A stretch of DNA of 62,535 bases, filler included, from Nemertoderma westbladi (taxonomy: Eukaryota > Animalia > Xenacoelomorpha): the NCBI GenBank assembly GCA_032718475.1. It is 4 parts of 4 records of this genome, joined end to end, with 100 filler letters (N's around TTAATTAATTAA, not from the genome) between each part and the next. Parts side by side here need not be neighbours in the genome. Positions count along the whole stretch, not along the records: positions 14,068 to 43,077 come from JAUCBJ010007812.1; 3 more parts are not named here. One strand, 5' to 3'. A program made the translations under genes and the position numbers. Positions within the stretch are counted from its first letter, which is position 1. The number at the start of each line of letters is the position of its first letter. The notes beneath the pieces are model-generated. The model was given only the letters and a program-made list of their open reading frames with translations. It ran no database searches and had not been told where the DNA came from. Positions 25,171 to 36,490 of the stretch are shown here, one piece after another.

Positions 25171-25915
25171 AGCAGCAGTATTAACCATTAGTCAGTAACA
25201 GCAGTATTGCTATCAGCTATCAGCTACTCAGACTTTTAATGAAACTGTAACGTTCTCAACCGCCATATAAAGTTCTACATTATATTATGCATAAATAATG
25301 TTCTAACGGAGATATGATATTTACATCTTCGAATGTGATTAAAATATTTTCTGCATTACACTAATATTATCAGACAGACGGGGGGGGGGGGGGGGGGCTT
25401 GACGCAAATCCCATTTCGGCGAAATGAGATTTCGTCACAATGTTAAATTACCAATTTAGGGAAAGGAGCAGGTTACAGAGGCACGTTCTTCTAACCGAAA
25501 CGATAAACGAGTCAATAGAACAGGGGTTACATATTTATTTCCGCTAACAAAGTTTTTTATTGTTTTTATTGAATACACCAATAATACTAATTTATTAGTA
25601 TTAGGAACTTAAAAGGCCAATTTATTAACGCCATTGATTTTGCCATGTCTGTCTCTAATCTAAACTTAGCCAAGTATTTATTATTTGTAATTGATTATTG
25701 TTTTAAAATATAACTTATGCATTTTACTTGCTTTACATAATATTTGATAATGGTTCGTATCATTTTCCAGGCCGGGTAACAATTGTAGACAAACATTTGT
25801 TGTTGTCTTACATAATTTTTACTATTTCATAAATAATTATTTTTTATTAATAATTGTGGTGCATTGCTTCCATATTTACGTAGAGTTAACTAATTATACG
25901 AATTTACCAAATACC

Positions 25916-26701
25916 GTAATAACTATTTACATACTGGTGTGTAAAGTAGCACTTTACAGTGTGATGATCCGAGTGGCTTTGTTACACGAACGAACGTTAG
26001 TGATTGAGTGAAAATAAAGCCACGAGGATCAGAACACTGTAAATAAAGTACTTTGCAACAAGTATGTATGTAGTTTTATTCCAAAATGTTAACATTACGA
26101 AATGATTGTACATATACATTATAAGTGATAGAAACTGCATAAATTATATTAGTTGCTGTATAAATAAATGTAAAAATGACATAAATTATGTTATAAATAA
26201 GTTAGCTTATATTTATGGTGGCGTTTGGAGCCATATTAAAAATTTAGCTACTGGTTAGTAATAGCTATACCCCGCCTACCGGTAGGTAATGCAGTAGGCC
26301 TATCTGGCTGTCAGGCAAATTTCCAGCTACTGTTTACGTGGTAACCATTGACGGCGTTAAGTAATGTCCCCTTAGTGGACATTACTTAACGACGTCATTG
26401 GTTACCACGTAAACAATAACACCAAATACAATACTAAATGTACAGGCCAATACAATGCTGTAATGTCCTCTAAAGTTGTAAAGTGGTAAATACCAATTCG
26501 CTATTAATACTAACGGGGTTGAGTAATGTTACAATTTTGGAATAAAACTACATACATACTTGTTGCAAAGTACTTTACAGTGTTCTGTTCCTCGTGACTT
26601 TATTTTCACCCACTCACTAAAATTCGTTCGTGTAACAAAGCCGCTCGGATTATCACACTGTAAAGTGCTACTTCACACACAAGTATGTAAATAGTCATTA
26701 C
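25916..26701. mobile_element. MITE-like palindromic element with ~180-bp terminal inverted repeats and an internal hairpin
   Basis: 25916-26099 mirrors 26523-26701. Internal near-perfect hairpin at 26331-26416. A related fragment lies at ~17358-17510. Confidence 0.8.
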
Positions 26702-27687
26702 TGTTGGTTAAATAATTATGCATTTTATATTTTTATTATTAAATTTAAATGATACAGTGTGATTGTTGTTAGTATCTCGGTATAAATACGGTGGTATATA
26801 CAGTATATTCTATGCAGTAAATCCTAAAGCCAGTAATTGCTTCATTATTTAGTTTAATAAAAGTGGTTTATATGTCATATTAAGTTTATTAATTTTATCT
26901 TCGATTTGCAATATTTTATGTATTTTCATAGTATTTTTAAATTTGCTATTTTAATTATGTAATGAATATCGATTTCGTGAAAAATGTGACCATATCATAT
27001 TATATTATATTTAATTCGGACAGAGCCGACAAATTATTGATTATAGATATTAAATAAAACGGAAAGAATGTAGCAGGTTAAAATTGCCCAAACATATTAA
27101 AACATTCACAGCAAGGTTATAATTAGATCAGGCTAAAACCAGTTGTTAAGTGACGGAAGACACAGGTAAGGAAGGTCAGGGAAGCAAGTGTGTGAAGCAC
27201 TGTATGAGACGCAGGAAGTCAGATACGTAAGGTAGATTGTAGACTGATGATTGTAGACTGTCAGGATAAAATCTAGCGTCATTAAATTTGTTCCTTCATG
27301 GTAAGCGTTGACTGGCCTAACCTACTGTAGCATCTAGGTACTTTTGGTAATATTTGTAAGTCATTAGAGAATACACTGATGGCACGGGGTGGAGCTTTCT
27401 GCACATTTGGTGAGTTGAAAAGAGTCTGGTATATTTCCCACCACGACGGTATATTCCACGAGGCCTTCTGTAGAAAGCTCTGAACCAGTTCATTGGGACA
27501 TGCAGCTGTACGGATCAGGGGGCCGATATTGCTTCTGAAGAATTCGTGTGATAGTGGTCGACAATACAATGCAATAATTCATAGTGTTCTATTTGTGACA
27601 TAATTCCCTAGGTATACATACCATCTGACGTAGTTTAAATATGAAGCGAGTTTGAAAGATGTCGTTCGCGGCGAATACATAATTAAA

Positions 27688-28835
27688 ATCGAGTTATATT
27701 GGTGTTGTAAGGGAAGCCACGATTCTTGGTAAAACAAATTTGTCTGCGTCTGACATGCCCAGTGATTAACGACCTCCCACACACACTATGGGGAGACCGA
27801 ATTCGAGGCCGGTTCAACTGCAAGTCCCATAATGTTTTATACATAATAACGTGTAATGAACACCCGACCCAGTACTACCTCGACCAAAGAATATCGGAAG
27901 ACCCTAACTGCCCCTCCTAAACCCAACAAACCGAACGTGGTGACCAGCAACCCAGAAGTCATCCTTCTGGAACACTTCGCCCAGTGTCGGAAATACACTG
28001 TTACCTGCGTACAGCAATTTCGTAATCACCACCGGCGTATTCACACCGAAGCCATCCTTATTAATTTACACCATCATTCTGCTTTTTGTAACTTGATTCA
28101 CTTTGTATAACATTAGCGTACCTTCAATGGTGGTGTTATATTATATATTTTATTATTGTATGCGGCTCGTTTCAACAGCTGCTAGACCTGCAGTAATTTA
28201 TTATAGCATTGTGGTGTCACCTATCGACTTTATCTCATTTTATGAATTTTATCGATTTTCTGCTTATGTTTAAATTAATTTTATTTCATTTCATTTCACT
28301 TTATTTCATTTTATTTAATTGTATCTTCCTAGCCATCCATACCTAAATGGCCGTATATCTTTTTATTAATTTTTACTTATTTTAACTTAATTTATTGTGT
28401 CTACCTAGGCTTAGTCACACTCGGCATTTTAACGATTATTCATCCGAAAAGTTTCACATTATTATATTTTTAACTTTATTTTATAGTACTTACCTATTTT
28501 AATGTAATTTATCCTCCATGTTAGCCTAATCTCTCTTTTTACCACTGCTCATATTTTTATTTATTTTAATTATTTAATAGCATCCTCGTAACCAGGCATA
28601 TACTGTACGATAGCCTCGTATAAATCAGTATCTTTTACAGTATATTATTATTCAATTAAATTTAATCGCGTATATACAGTACTTATTTTAATATGTAAAT
28701 TATGTAAACATTTTAATATAGTTATATCACTGAAGACGTGACGTGTTGATACACGAAATGGCCATATGAAAAAAGGAATTTGTTTTACCTAGAATCGTGG
28801 CTTAGAAGACCCTTACAACACCAATATAACTCGAT
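27688..28835 (+). mobile_element. 5'-truncated Penelope-like element: degenerate GIY-YIG, 3' pLTR, and an inverted terminal copy
   Basis: C..TC...FNCKSHNVLYIITC..HPTQYY motif, frameshifted and similar to the ORF at 44122. 27688-27740 is an inverted copy of 28777-28835. Hammerhead motif at 28727. Confidence 0.75.
28727..28769 (+). ncRNA. Minimal type I hammerhead ribozyme motif (Penelope pLTR)
   Basis: TCA-CTGAAGA-cgtgac-GTGT-tgat-ACAC-GAAA-TGGCCA-TA-TGA. Palindromic helix III (ATGGCCAT), short helix I. Confidence 0.65.
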
Positions 28836-28961
28836 CTTGCGTAGTGACTTTCTGTATTGAACGGTCCAACCTTTGCGCACAAAGGCCTCTGAGATACCCA
28901 TAATGATCCCTTTTACTTTGGCCTTTTACTTTTGTTATTAACATTTAGAATGGCAACCAGG

Positions 28962-29687
28962 CTATCTAACTCCTCCCAGTGCAAATAATATAACATCCCC
29001 CGCGTAAGCCAAGGTTACAATCCACATAAATTCGAGAGAAGGTACGAAGCCTGCGCTCACCAGGGCCTCAAGTGGATCTGATGTATACATTAGGAAGAAA
29101 ATCGGTGAACACAATGACCCCTGTTTCACGCCTTTGTAAATAGGTATTTCAATTTCATCTATCCTATTTCCGAACTTGAGGTAGGATTTTGGAGAGTTTT
29201 CAAACAGTCGAGTGCTGTACATGTCGAAATCTCCCTGAATATCGAGTTGGCACATATGCACATCTTGTCTTCTTTCACACTGCTTTTCCAAGAATTATAG
29301 AATTATGGCCGTAATGATATCAGCTCCGATCTTCTTCTGGTATGCTAGTTAATTTGAGGCAATGTGGTCAGCTAGATTGGGGGCAAGTTCGTGGACTACC
29401 AAGCTTTCAAGGATTTTCCCCATTAGAGATACTGTTGGGACAGGTCTGTATGACTTCGCCTCACGGATGGGTTTGTTGTTTCCCATATGTATGGAAGTGA
29501 TCACGGTAGTTCCAAACAAATCAGGCACATGCTTGAGACGAAAGCATGAGTTTATGATGACGACCAGGAAATCGCAGCAAAACTGTTGATCTAGACCCAA
29601 AAGATGCTCCACTGCCAAACCAAAGAAGTCACAGGACTTTCCTCGATTTAGTGCTGATATCGCACGACGAATTGTTTCCGCTGACAC
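28962..29687 (-). mobile_element. Degenerate LINE RT fragments
   Basis: GKSCDFFGLAVEHL, SYRPV, GVKQGSLCSPIFF and a decayed YADD (YAGD), spread over frameshifted ORFs. Confidence 0.75.
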
Positions 29688-30594
29688 AATTGGAACTGTT
29701 GCATCTTTACATTCAGGTTAGCTCTGATATTACTCAGAGATTTCCTGTACGCATCCTCATTACCTGACTGACATTTGGTTCTCTCTCGTATGTTATCTTG
29801 GGCATCCATGTGGATATTGTTATTAAATCATTGTTTTTGTACTGAAGTTCAATTGTCAACTATTTAAGGGTGATAATGTGAATAATAAAGAACACTGAAA
29901 AGTCGCTATATTACAATATAACAATAATATTGGAGAAGGTTCAAGATTCTAATGGAATGGGGCTATATAAGGGAAATGATAAATGATATTGATAAATTAA
30001 ATAATAATGATAAATTGATAAATATAACCATTTTGTATAATTATTAGCCAATTTTATTTAAAAATATGATAATTAATTAATTAAATTATTAATTAAAAAA
30101 ATAAAGTCTAATTAAAAATTATATAAGATAATTTTTGTAGAATCGATGACGCTGAGTCCAAAAAAGTTTCATGAAATTTGGACCAAAATTGAGGGACTAG
30201 TAGCAATTTTAGTGAAATTTTTAATTCCGCCTCCTGCCGCTAGAGGGAGGCCTAGAGGGAGGCTATGAACTTTCAAATTTTCCTATATAGGCTTATTTGG
30301 CCTTGCATACAGTGGTTGGCCATGACAAAGTTAGCAATATTATCATTTAACACTAATTGACAGCCATTTTTTAAAAAGGTAGTAAATAAAAAAATGGGTA
30401 CATTATACCACCCCCCCCCCCCCCCCCCCCCCTTAATAACATTGGGAAGCGATATATTTATGCTTGAGGCTTAAATACTTTTCCGAAATAAATTCTTTAT
30501 TTATTTATGAGCTGTATGTTCCTTATGTGTTGCGATTCCAATTCTTGTATCTACACTCCCAAGGGTGTAAGACGCCCCTGGAGGTCGAACCAGC

Positions 30595-30636
30595 GCTGTT
30601 TGGGCCTTTTCGGCCATATGACATCATCAGCAGCTC
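30595..30636 (-). ncRNA. Degenerate hammerhead ribozyme motif
   Basis: Minus strand reads GCTG-CTGATGA-TGTC-ATAT-GGCC-GAAA-AGGCCC-AAA-CAGC. Helix I is intact but the UH cleavage site is missing. Confidence 0.45.
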
Positions 30637-31337
30637 AACTACAATTTATTTAAAATCATAAGTTTTAAGTTGTTTATCATGTCCACTAAATGTGCCTACT
30701 TAAGTTAAATTCTGATCATCGTGTAACCTATACAAAGCCTACAACTACTGTGTCAAATAGTGTCAAACTTGCGTTTTGGGAGGTGCTGCCCTTTGGTCCT
30801 GCCTGTGTTGACCATACGTTTCATGCAAATTGACATCATAGTATTATATTGTACGATGTTATAATATATTTTCCCCACCCACATACACTAGGAAGGCATA
30901 AAAGTACAGACAAATACAACCCCCCCCCCCCCCCCCCATCATCACCATCTATACACCAAGCTACCCCCCCATACTACATGTAGTTAAAATCAAGATTCAA
31001 CCAAGATTCATTTTCTATTTAAACCTTTAAAATATTATTCGCAACGATATCCCCTAATGTCGCGTTACGGAAAGTCGCGTTACGGAAAGTCGCGTTACGG
31101 AAAGTCGCGTTACGGGGTGGCATTTTAACTAAAAAAACTTAATTTATTAATTACTGTATTATTATTGTTGTATTCAGTACCACAGTACACAGTACCATAG
31201 GTATATTGGTCGAAAGTATAATCAGTATTGCCGAAATATTGCACTTTGAATTTATCATTATATTAATCAAATCAAAAATATCTAAAACTAAAGCTTTTTA
31301 ATTAGCCAGTCATGCCCCGCGTATAGCATTTGGTTCG

Positions 31338-31696
31338 GAGGTGGGGTGGTTTGGAATAGTTCAGCCGCGAAGGGGTGGTTCGGGGGTGGGTTGGGAAGAA
31401 ATGGTTCGGCCGCGGAGGGGTGGTTCGGGGTGGGTTGGGAAGAAATGGTTCGGCCGCGAAGGGGTTGTTCGGGGGTGGGTTGGGTTGGAATGGTTCGGCC
31501 GCGAAGGGGTGGTTCGGTGGTGGGGTGGGTTGGAATGGTTCGACCGCGACGGGGTGGTTCGGGGGTGGGTTAGGAAGAAATGGTTCGGCCGCGAAGGGGT
31601 GGTTCGGGGGTGGGTTGGGAAGAAATGGTTCGGCCGCGGAGGGGTGGTTCGGGGGTGGGTTGGGTTGGAATGGTTCGGCCGCGACGGGGTGGTTCA
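31338..31696 (+). repeat. 45-bp G-rich minisatellite, about 8 copies
   Basis: Unit GGGGTGGTTCGGGGGTGGGTTGGGAAGAAATGGTTCGGCCGCGAA. Confidence 0.95.
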
Positions 31697-31824
31697 CTAC
31701 ACCAACATGTCAGTCGGGATCACCACCCCCTCCCAATGCAGCTGCGGACTTTCAACTGGGTGATCGGCGGTTGGAAGGACGGCCATTGCCTGCTTGTCAG
31801 TCCCCAAACAGAATGCAATATGGT

Positions 31825-33376
31825 CAGGGGCGGATCCAGGAATTTAATTTCTGTGAATTTTGTCACATTTTGAAGTTTATATTTTGGACTGAGGGGGCTG
31901 CCCCAGGGGTTTCCCGGGGGGGGGGGGGGGGGGGGGGTATGGGGGGGCAGAACCCCTTTTGCCCTGGTAGGGGTAAAGGGGACGGACTCTCATCCCGGAT
32001 TTTTATTTAGATTTTAATATGAAATGTTTCAATCGATTATCTGACATTCGATTGACATATTGATGATTTTCGATATATAAACTATAAATATTTGTTTCAA
32101 AATTTTAAAATATTTGTTTTACTCATTGAACATTTAAATGATTGGCAGTTATTAATTCTAGGAGATGAAATAATAATAATTTCTTTAAATGTTAGGCCTA
32201 TATATTAAATAATAATTAGTAATTAATTACTATAACTAACACGCAGCTTGGTCTAGTGGTGACATTCCTGGGCTTCCATTCAGGAAGCCCTAGTTCGATC
32301 CCTAGATGGGGCAGCACTGTTTGGGAACAGTGCTTTAAATGCTGCAGCCTAGCCCAACCCGGGCTTTCATCCTTGGCTGGTCGGTAAATGGGAACCAAGG
32401 CAGCTTGGGAAATATAGTGGAAGGGTTTACTGTGGAAGATCTTCATCTCCAAGAATTATTAATAATTGCCTATTAACATACAGTAGTCTAATTAAAAGGA
32501 TTGGATTGGGAGTGGGCGTGCTTTATTTTTATAAGAATAGAAAAATTAAAGTAATAAACTTAAAATGTTAGAATATTGGAATAAAACATTTGGATTAGGG
32601 CGGTCTGTATCGACTTACGTTTTAAACTGTAGCTGTGTGTTAAACTTTTATAGTATCTGCAACATGCTTCCATAATATATAAAATAACTGGTTTTCATGT
32701 CCCTTGTCCAATCATCTTTGAGCTATTGTGTTGTGTTCAGGTTAGAAGGCAAAGGTCTTTCTTTTCTTCTGTTCAATAAATGTGGTTCTGTGCTTGGCTT
32801 GCTGCTACGCATAAGTGTATGAATGCCAAAGTGCTTGCTCCTAATGTAGGGCCTTGGATAAGATTAAGATACTGTATATGACCTCCCAGTAGTAGTAGCC
32901 ATTAGTTCACAAAGACAATTGGTTTGGCTTGCATAGACCCGACCCACCTAATATAACAGCAATATACATTACAAATAGCCCCATGCTTTACATTACATAG
33001 GTTGTTAGTGGTCTTTCAGTTCAGGTAAAGCAAGGCCATGTTCCTACAATGTATAGCCAGCCCATAAAGCCATACTGCTGATCTTACCCCCCTCACGCCA
33101 ACATGGACCGCGCCCTTGGGACGGTTTACAGCGATTTTATCTTGGGGATGATGGTATGGAGTGGAGATGGAAGTTGAGGTTAATGAATGTGGATTCCGCA
33201 TGGGGTTAGCGAGTGATGACGGCCCTTGTACTTGTATGTTTTATCGTAACTATCAATAGTAAATCTAAAAAAAGTGTATTTTTATAAATCTTTTATAAAT
33301 TTTACTCTTTTTATTTTCTTTCTCAAAAAATCTATGGTGCGCGGCGCCACGCGCCCCTATTGTGGATCCGCGCCTG
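31825..33376. mobile_element. Non-autonomous hAT-type DNA transposon with perfect 8-bp TSD
   Basis: TIRs CAGGGGCGGATCCA and TGGATCCGCGCCTG. AATATGGT is duplicated at 31817-31824 and 33377-33384. Confidence 0.88.
32240..32452 (+). mobile_element. tRNA-derived SINE with a conserved central domain (Meta/MESC-like)
   Basis: A box TGGTCTAGTGG, CTTCCAT loop, B box AGTTCGATCCC, then GCTTTCATCCTTGGCTGGTCGGTAAATGGGAACC. The last resembles, from memory, a conserved metazoan SINE core domain. Confidence 0.7.
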
Positions 33377-33955
33377 AATATGGTCTCGGTAGCGAGCCAG
33401 GCGTTGGAACAACATCGATATGAAGTAGTGGAATATGTGTCCACAAAACCATTCATTGCTTCTTTGGCTGCTATTATTCACTGTAATCGGTATCTGTGCT
33501 TGAGGCTGTGACTAAGAATACCATAGAATACAATATTATATTGAATGTGATGTGAGGTTGTCGAAGAACATCAGTATGAAAGATGGTAAAACATTACTAC
33601 ATTACTTTTTTCGGACCTCATCTGCACGTAAACACCATAGAATAATATGGATAATGATTCCCTATGTAAAACCAAGACAATAGATTAGCTGTAACGTGAC
33701 AATTAGCCGTAACGCGACTTTTAGAGTAGCCGTACCGCGACTTTCAAAGTCGCGTTTCGGCTAATCTCTCCAAAAATTAGCCGTAACGCGACGACACCCC
33801 CCTAGTTCTAGTACCATATTCCTGCTTACTTTACAATATCCTACAAACAAAGAAAATACTATATGAAGGTAAATAAAATAATCCAGTCTTAATTTATCGC
33901 TGTCCTAATTACCTAATATGTAATTGTGATGTGAATACCCCAATGTAAATGAATG

Positions 33956-35356
33956 TTAATGAGATGATATATATTTCGCGATCAACCTGTCAGTCAGACC
34001 GCTATTTGATTTGTCCATCTTTCTCTCCATCAATAACCGCTTCCCTTTTGCGAAATCCATCTCGCTATCAGATCTCATAAGACTGTGAATTAATATTTGG
34101 TTCCACAAGTCACGCTGAGCGTTACTCCCACCAATCAAGGCGACCTCTTGTCTGATTGGGTACATTAAATCAGCTGCTTTTCCATAATCATCTCCGTTAA
34201 AGGCGACCGCTGCCTCCTGTAAGGCACATCCAACCTTTCTGTAAACACTCTTTTGAGTTCCTTTCATTTCCTCGTGAAGTAATTCCTTAACACTAGTTTT
34301 TATTTCAGCTACGGCCGCATCATCTTTGGCGCCAAGAGCAACAAATAAGCAGTGAAGATCGTTAAATACAAGGACATGATCCTCATTGTGACTATTAGTT
34401 ATTCTGTAGAGATGATCCCATCTATCTTCAACATCTATGCCCTCCATAACCAGACGTTGCAATAGTGAACCCGCATCAACAATGTTCAAGAGGCAAGGAT
34501 CTTTCTTGGTCATGTCCGCGACAATATTATCATATATATCCAAGGCAGCCAAATGTTCATTCAATTCAATATGGTACAGAGCCCAATGCCAATAGTTGTG
34601 GCAGGATGCCATATCGCTTTTGCTCCAGTTAACAACTGTTGTAGATGCAAATTCCACCCCTTTTTTCTGAAACCCCTGCATTTCATAACAATGCAATAGT
34701 GCATGAGTTGCCCAACCATCTTCCTTCGAAATCTCTAGGGCTTTCTTAGCCATTGTTTCTGCCTCTGCAAATTTATTTGTTTCTTCCAAACCGAAAGCGT
34801 ACATACCAAGCAGATAGCTGTACATTGGCATTGAAGGTTTCCACAGCGGTATCACACCAGCCACAGAATCGCGAATATTAGTGGACTGACCCAAATAAAA
34901 ATAACTATCATGCGCTAGTTTAATAGCTAGTATGTCTGTAGGGCATTCAGTGATTATATCTTCCCATATTTGACACGCTTCGATCATCTTATCTTTAGCA
35001 AAAGATTCCACAGCTCGAACGTGCATCTTCTGTATAGGTGTCACGTGGTCATTATTCTCTGCAAATTCCACCATTTCTTTTATATCATTTTGAAAAGCTT
35101 CATCTGTTTCGAAACACTTTCCCGTTCCCATCGTTTCGAGTGCATTCACAAGCACTTTACCCATAATGAAATCAGTGTCGGCATTTGTCATGGCGTTCAA
35201 TGTACTCTCAATGCCTCCAATGGAATCCATATTAGACCAGGTAATATACTGGGTGAGTGACGCATCAAACATCTTAGCTGCTTCATTACTGGTTGTACCG
35301 AGGTCTATACCGTAAGTATTCCATTCCTGACAGTCTCGCCAATGTCTGACAGACAT
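33956..35356 (-). CDS. TTC38: Tetratricopeptide repeat protein 38
   Basis: Full-length 466-aa ORF: WRDCQEW...TTSNEAAKMFDASLTQY, PTDILAIKLAHDSYFYLG, GMYAFGLEETN, CHNYWHWALYHIE, IGGSNAQRD. Confidence 0.95.
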   Translation of the reverse strand: MSVRHWRDCQEWNTYGIDLGTTSNEAAKMFDASLTQYITWSNMDSIGGIESTLNAMTNADTDFIMGKVLVNALETMGTGKCFETDEAFQNDIKEMVEFAENNDHVTPIQKMHVRAVESFAKDKMIEACQIWEDIITECPTDILAIKLAHDSYFYLGQSTNIRDSVAGVIPLWKPSMPMYSYLLGMYAFGLEETNKFAEAETMAKKALEISKEDGWATHALLHCYEMQGFQKKGVEFASTTVVNWSKSDMASCHNYWHWALYHIELNEHLAALDIYDNIVADMTKKDPCLLNIVDAGSLLQRLVMEGIDVEDRWDHLYRITNSHNEDHVLVFNDLHCLFVALGAKDDAAVAEIKTSVKELLHEEMKGTQKSVYRKVGCALQEAAVAFNGDDYGKAADLMYPIRQEVALIGGSNAQRDLWNQILIHSLMRSDSEMDFAKGKRLLMERKMDKSNSGLTDRLIAKYISSH

Positions 35357-36490
35357 TTCTCCACTTATAATGTAAAATTAAATTTTTATTTCAAAATACA
35401 ACCTTATAGTATCAAAACCATTATTCGTGAAACAATATATTTACATTATGATAATAAAATGGCATGATGATATTTATATTTATATAAACCAATATTATAT
35501 GAGAAATTAATAAATAAGAATTCAGTAACTCGCAATTAAAGTAACCGATTGACAAGCAGGATAACAGTTCCCTACATATGTCTTAGATAGAGTCCATGGA
35601 CAGTAATTCCAAAGCGCATTGCACATTGGATATTAACATAAGCTAAATTGGCGTTGTTGGTTGGTTGGCTGATTGATGGCTGTATCATAGTTATTATATG
35701 CGAATAGTGGTATTGCACAGAGCATAAATACTGTCGATTGGTGCACACCGCTAAAGTATCCCCCCTCACCCCCTTCTTGGCGCTGCACATGTATTCCAGG
35801 CTTATTATTATTGTCATGTAGTAACGGACGATCTGTGTATCCAATGCCACGGGTAAGAACACGAACCCCTGGAACCAGGACCAGAATTCTGCATTGCAAA
35901 GTTTCGTAATAATTCAATTTTTATATCATATAACCAGTATAACCTACCCCTGCGGTATATTAGTAAAATGGTTTGGTCAATAAATACAATAAAGTGAATG
36001 AGTACATACCAGTTGCACACAACTCAAATTGATAAAGTAAGAAGATGTTAAATACATACAAATCGGATTGCTTCACAGATAATAAACACGTACGTTGTTA
36101 CTAAATTTGAAAACAGACCGCGTATATTATATTGCTTATCTCATCTTTAAAATATCGATAAATAATTACTATGGAATTGCTTCAAGATTATTCACCAAGA
36201 ATAAAGGAGAAAAAATAACCTCCAATGATGTATATTGTTGGGGATGTCTAGCATTCGTTGTATGTGTCATACCGATATTTGGTATCCTCTGCAGATAGAG
36301 CCCTGTAAAGCAGTGTCACCATCAACGGTAAACACAAATGTTGTGCAACAATCATCAAGTTATCGGATTTCTGCAATAATTTTTTATGAACCCCTTAAGC
36401 TGCAAATATGCTAAACAAACTGAGACTGGATCGGAGGACTTCAATAAGTCAACAAAGACTGAGGAAAAAAGATATGTCTCTCTTTCTTAA

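Larger units (their letters stand above)
31055..33803. mobile_element. Probable non-autonomous DNA transposon with inverted GTCGCGTTACGG subterminal repeats
   Basis: Four GTCGCGTTACGG copies at 15-bp spacing (31059-31115). Several CCGTAACGCGAC copies at 33690-33792. Exact termini unclear. Confidence 0.55.

Noticed and set aside
27282-27569. 95-aa minus-strand ORF
   Set aside because: No ATG start, no recognisable motif and no clear splice signals.
31302-32010. Proline-rich and glycine-rich ORFs
   Set aside because: Translations of the 45-bp satellite inside a transposon-like element.
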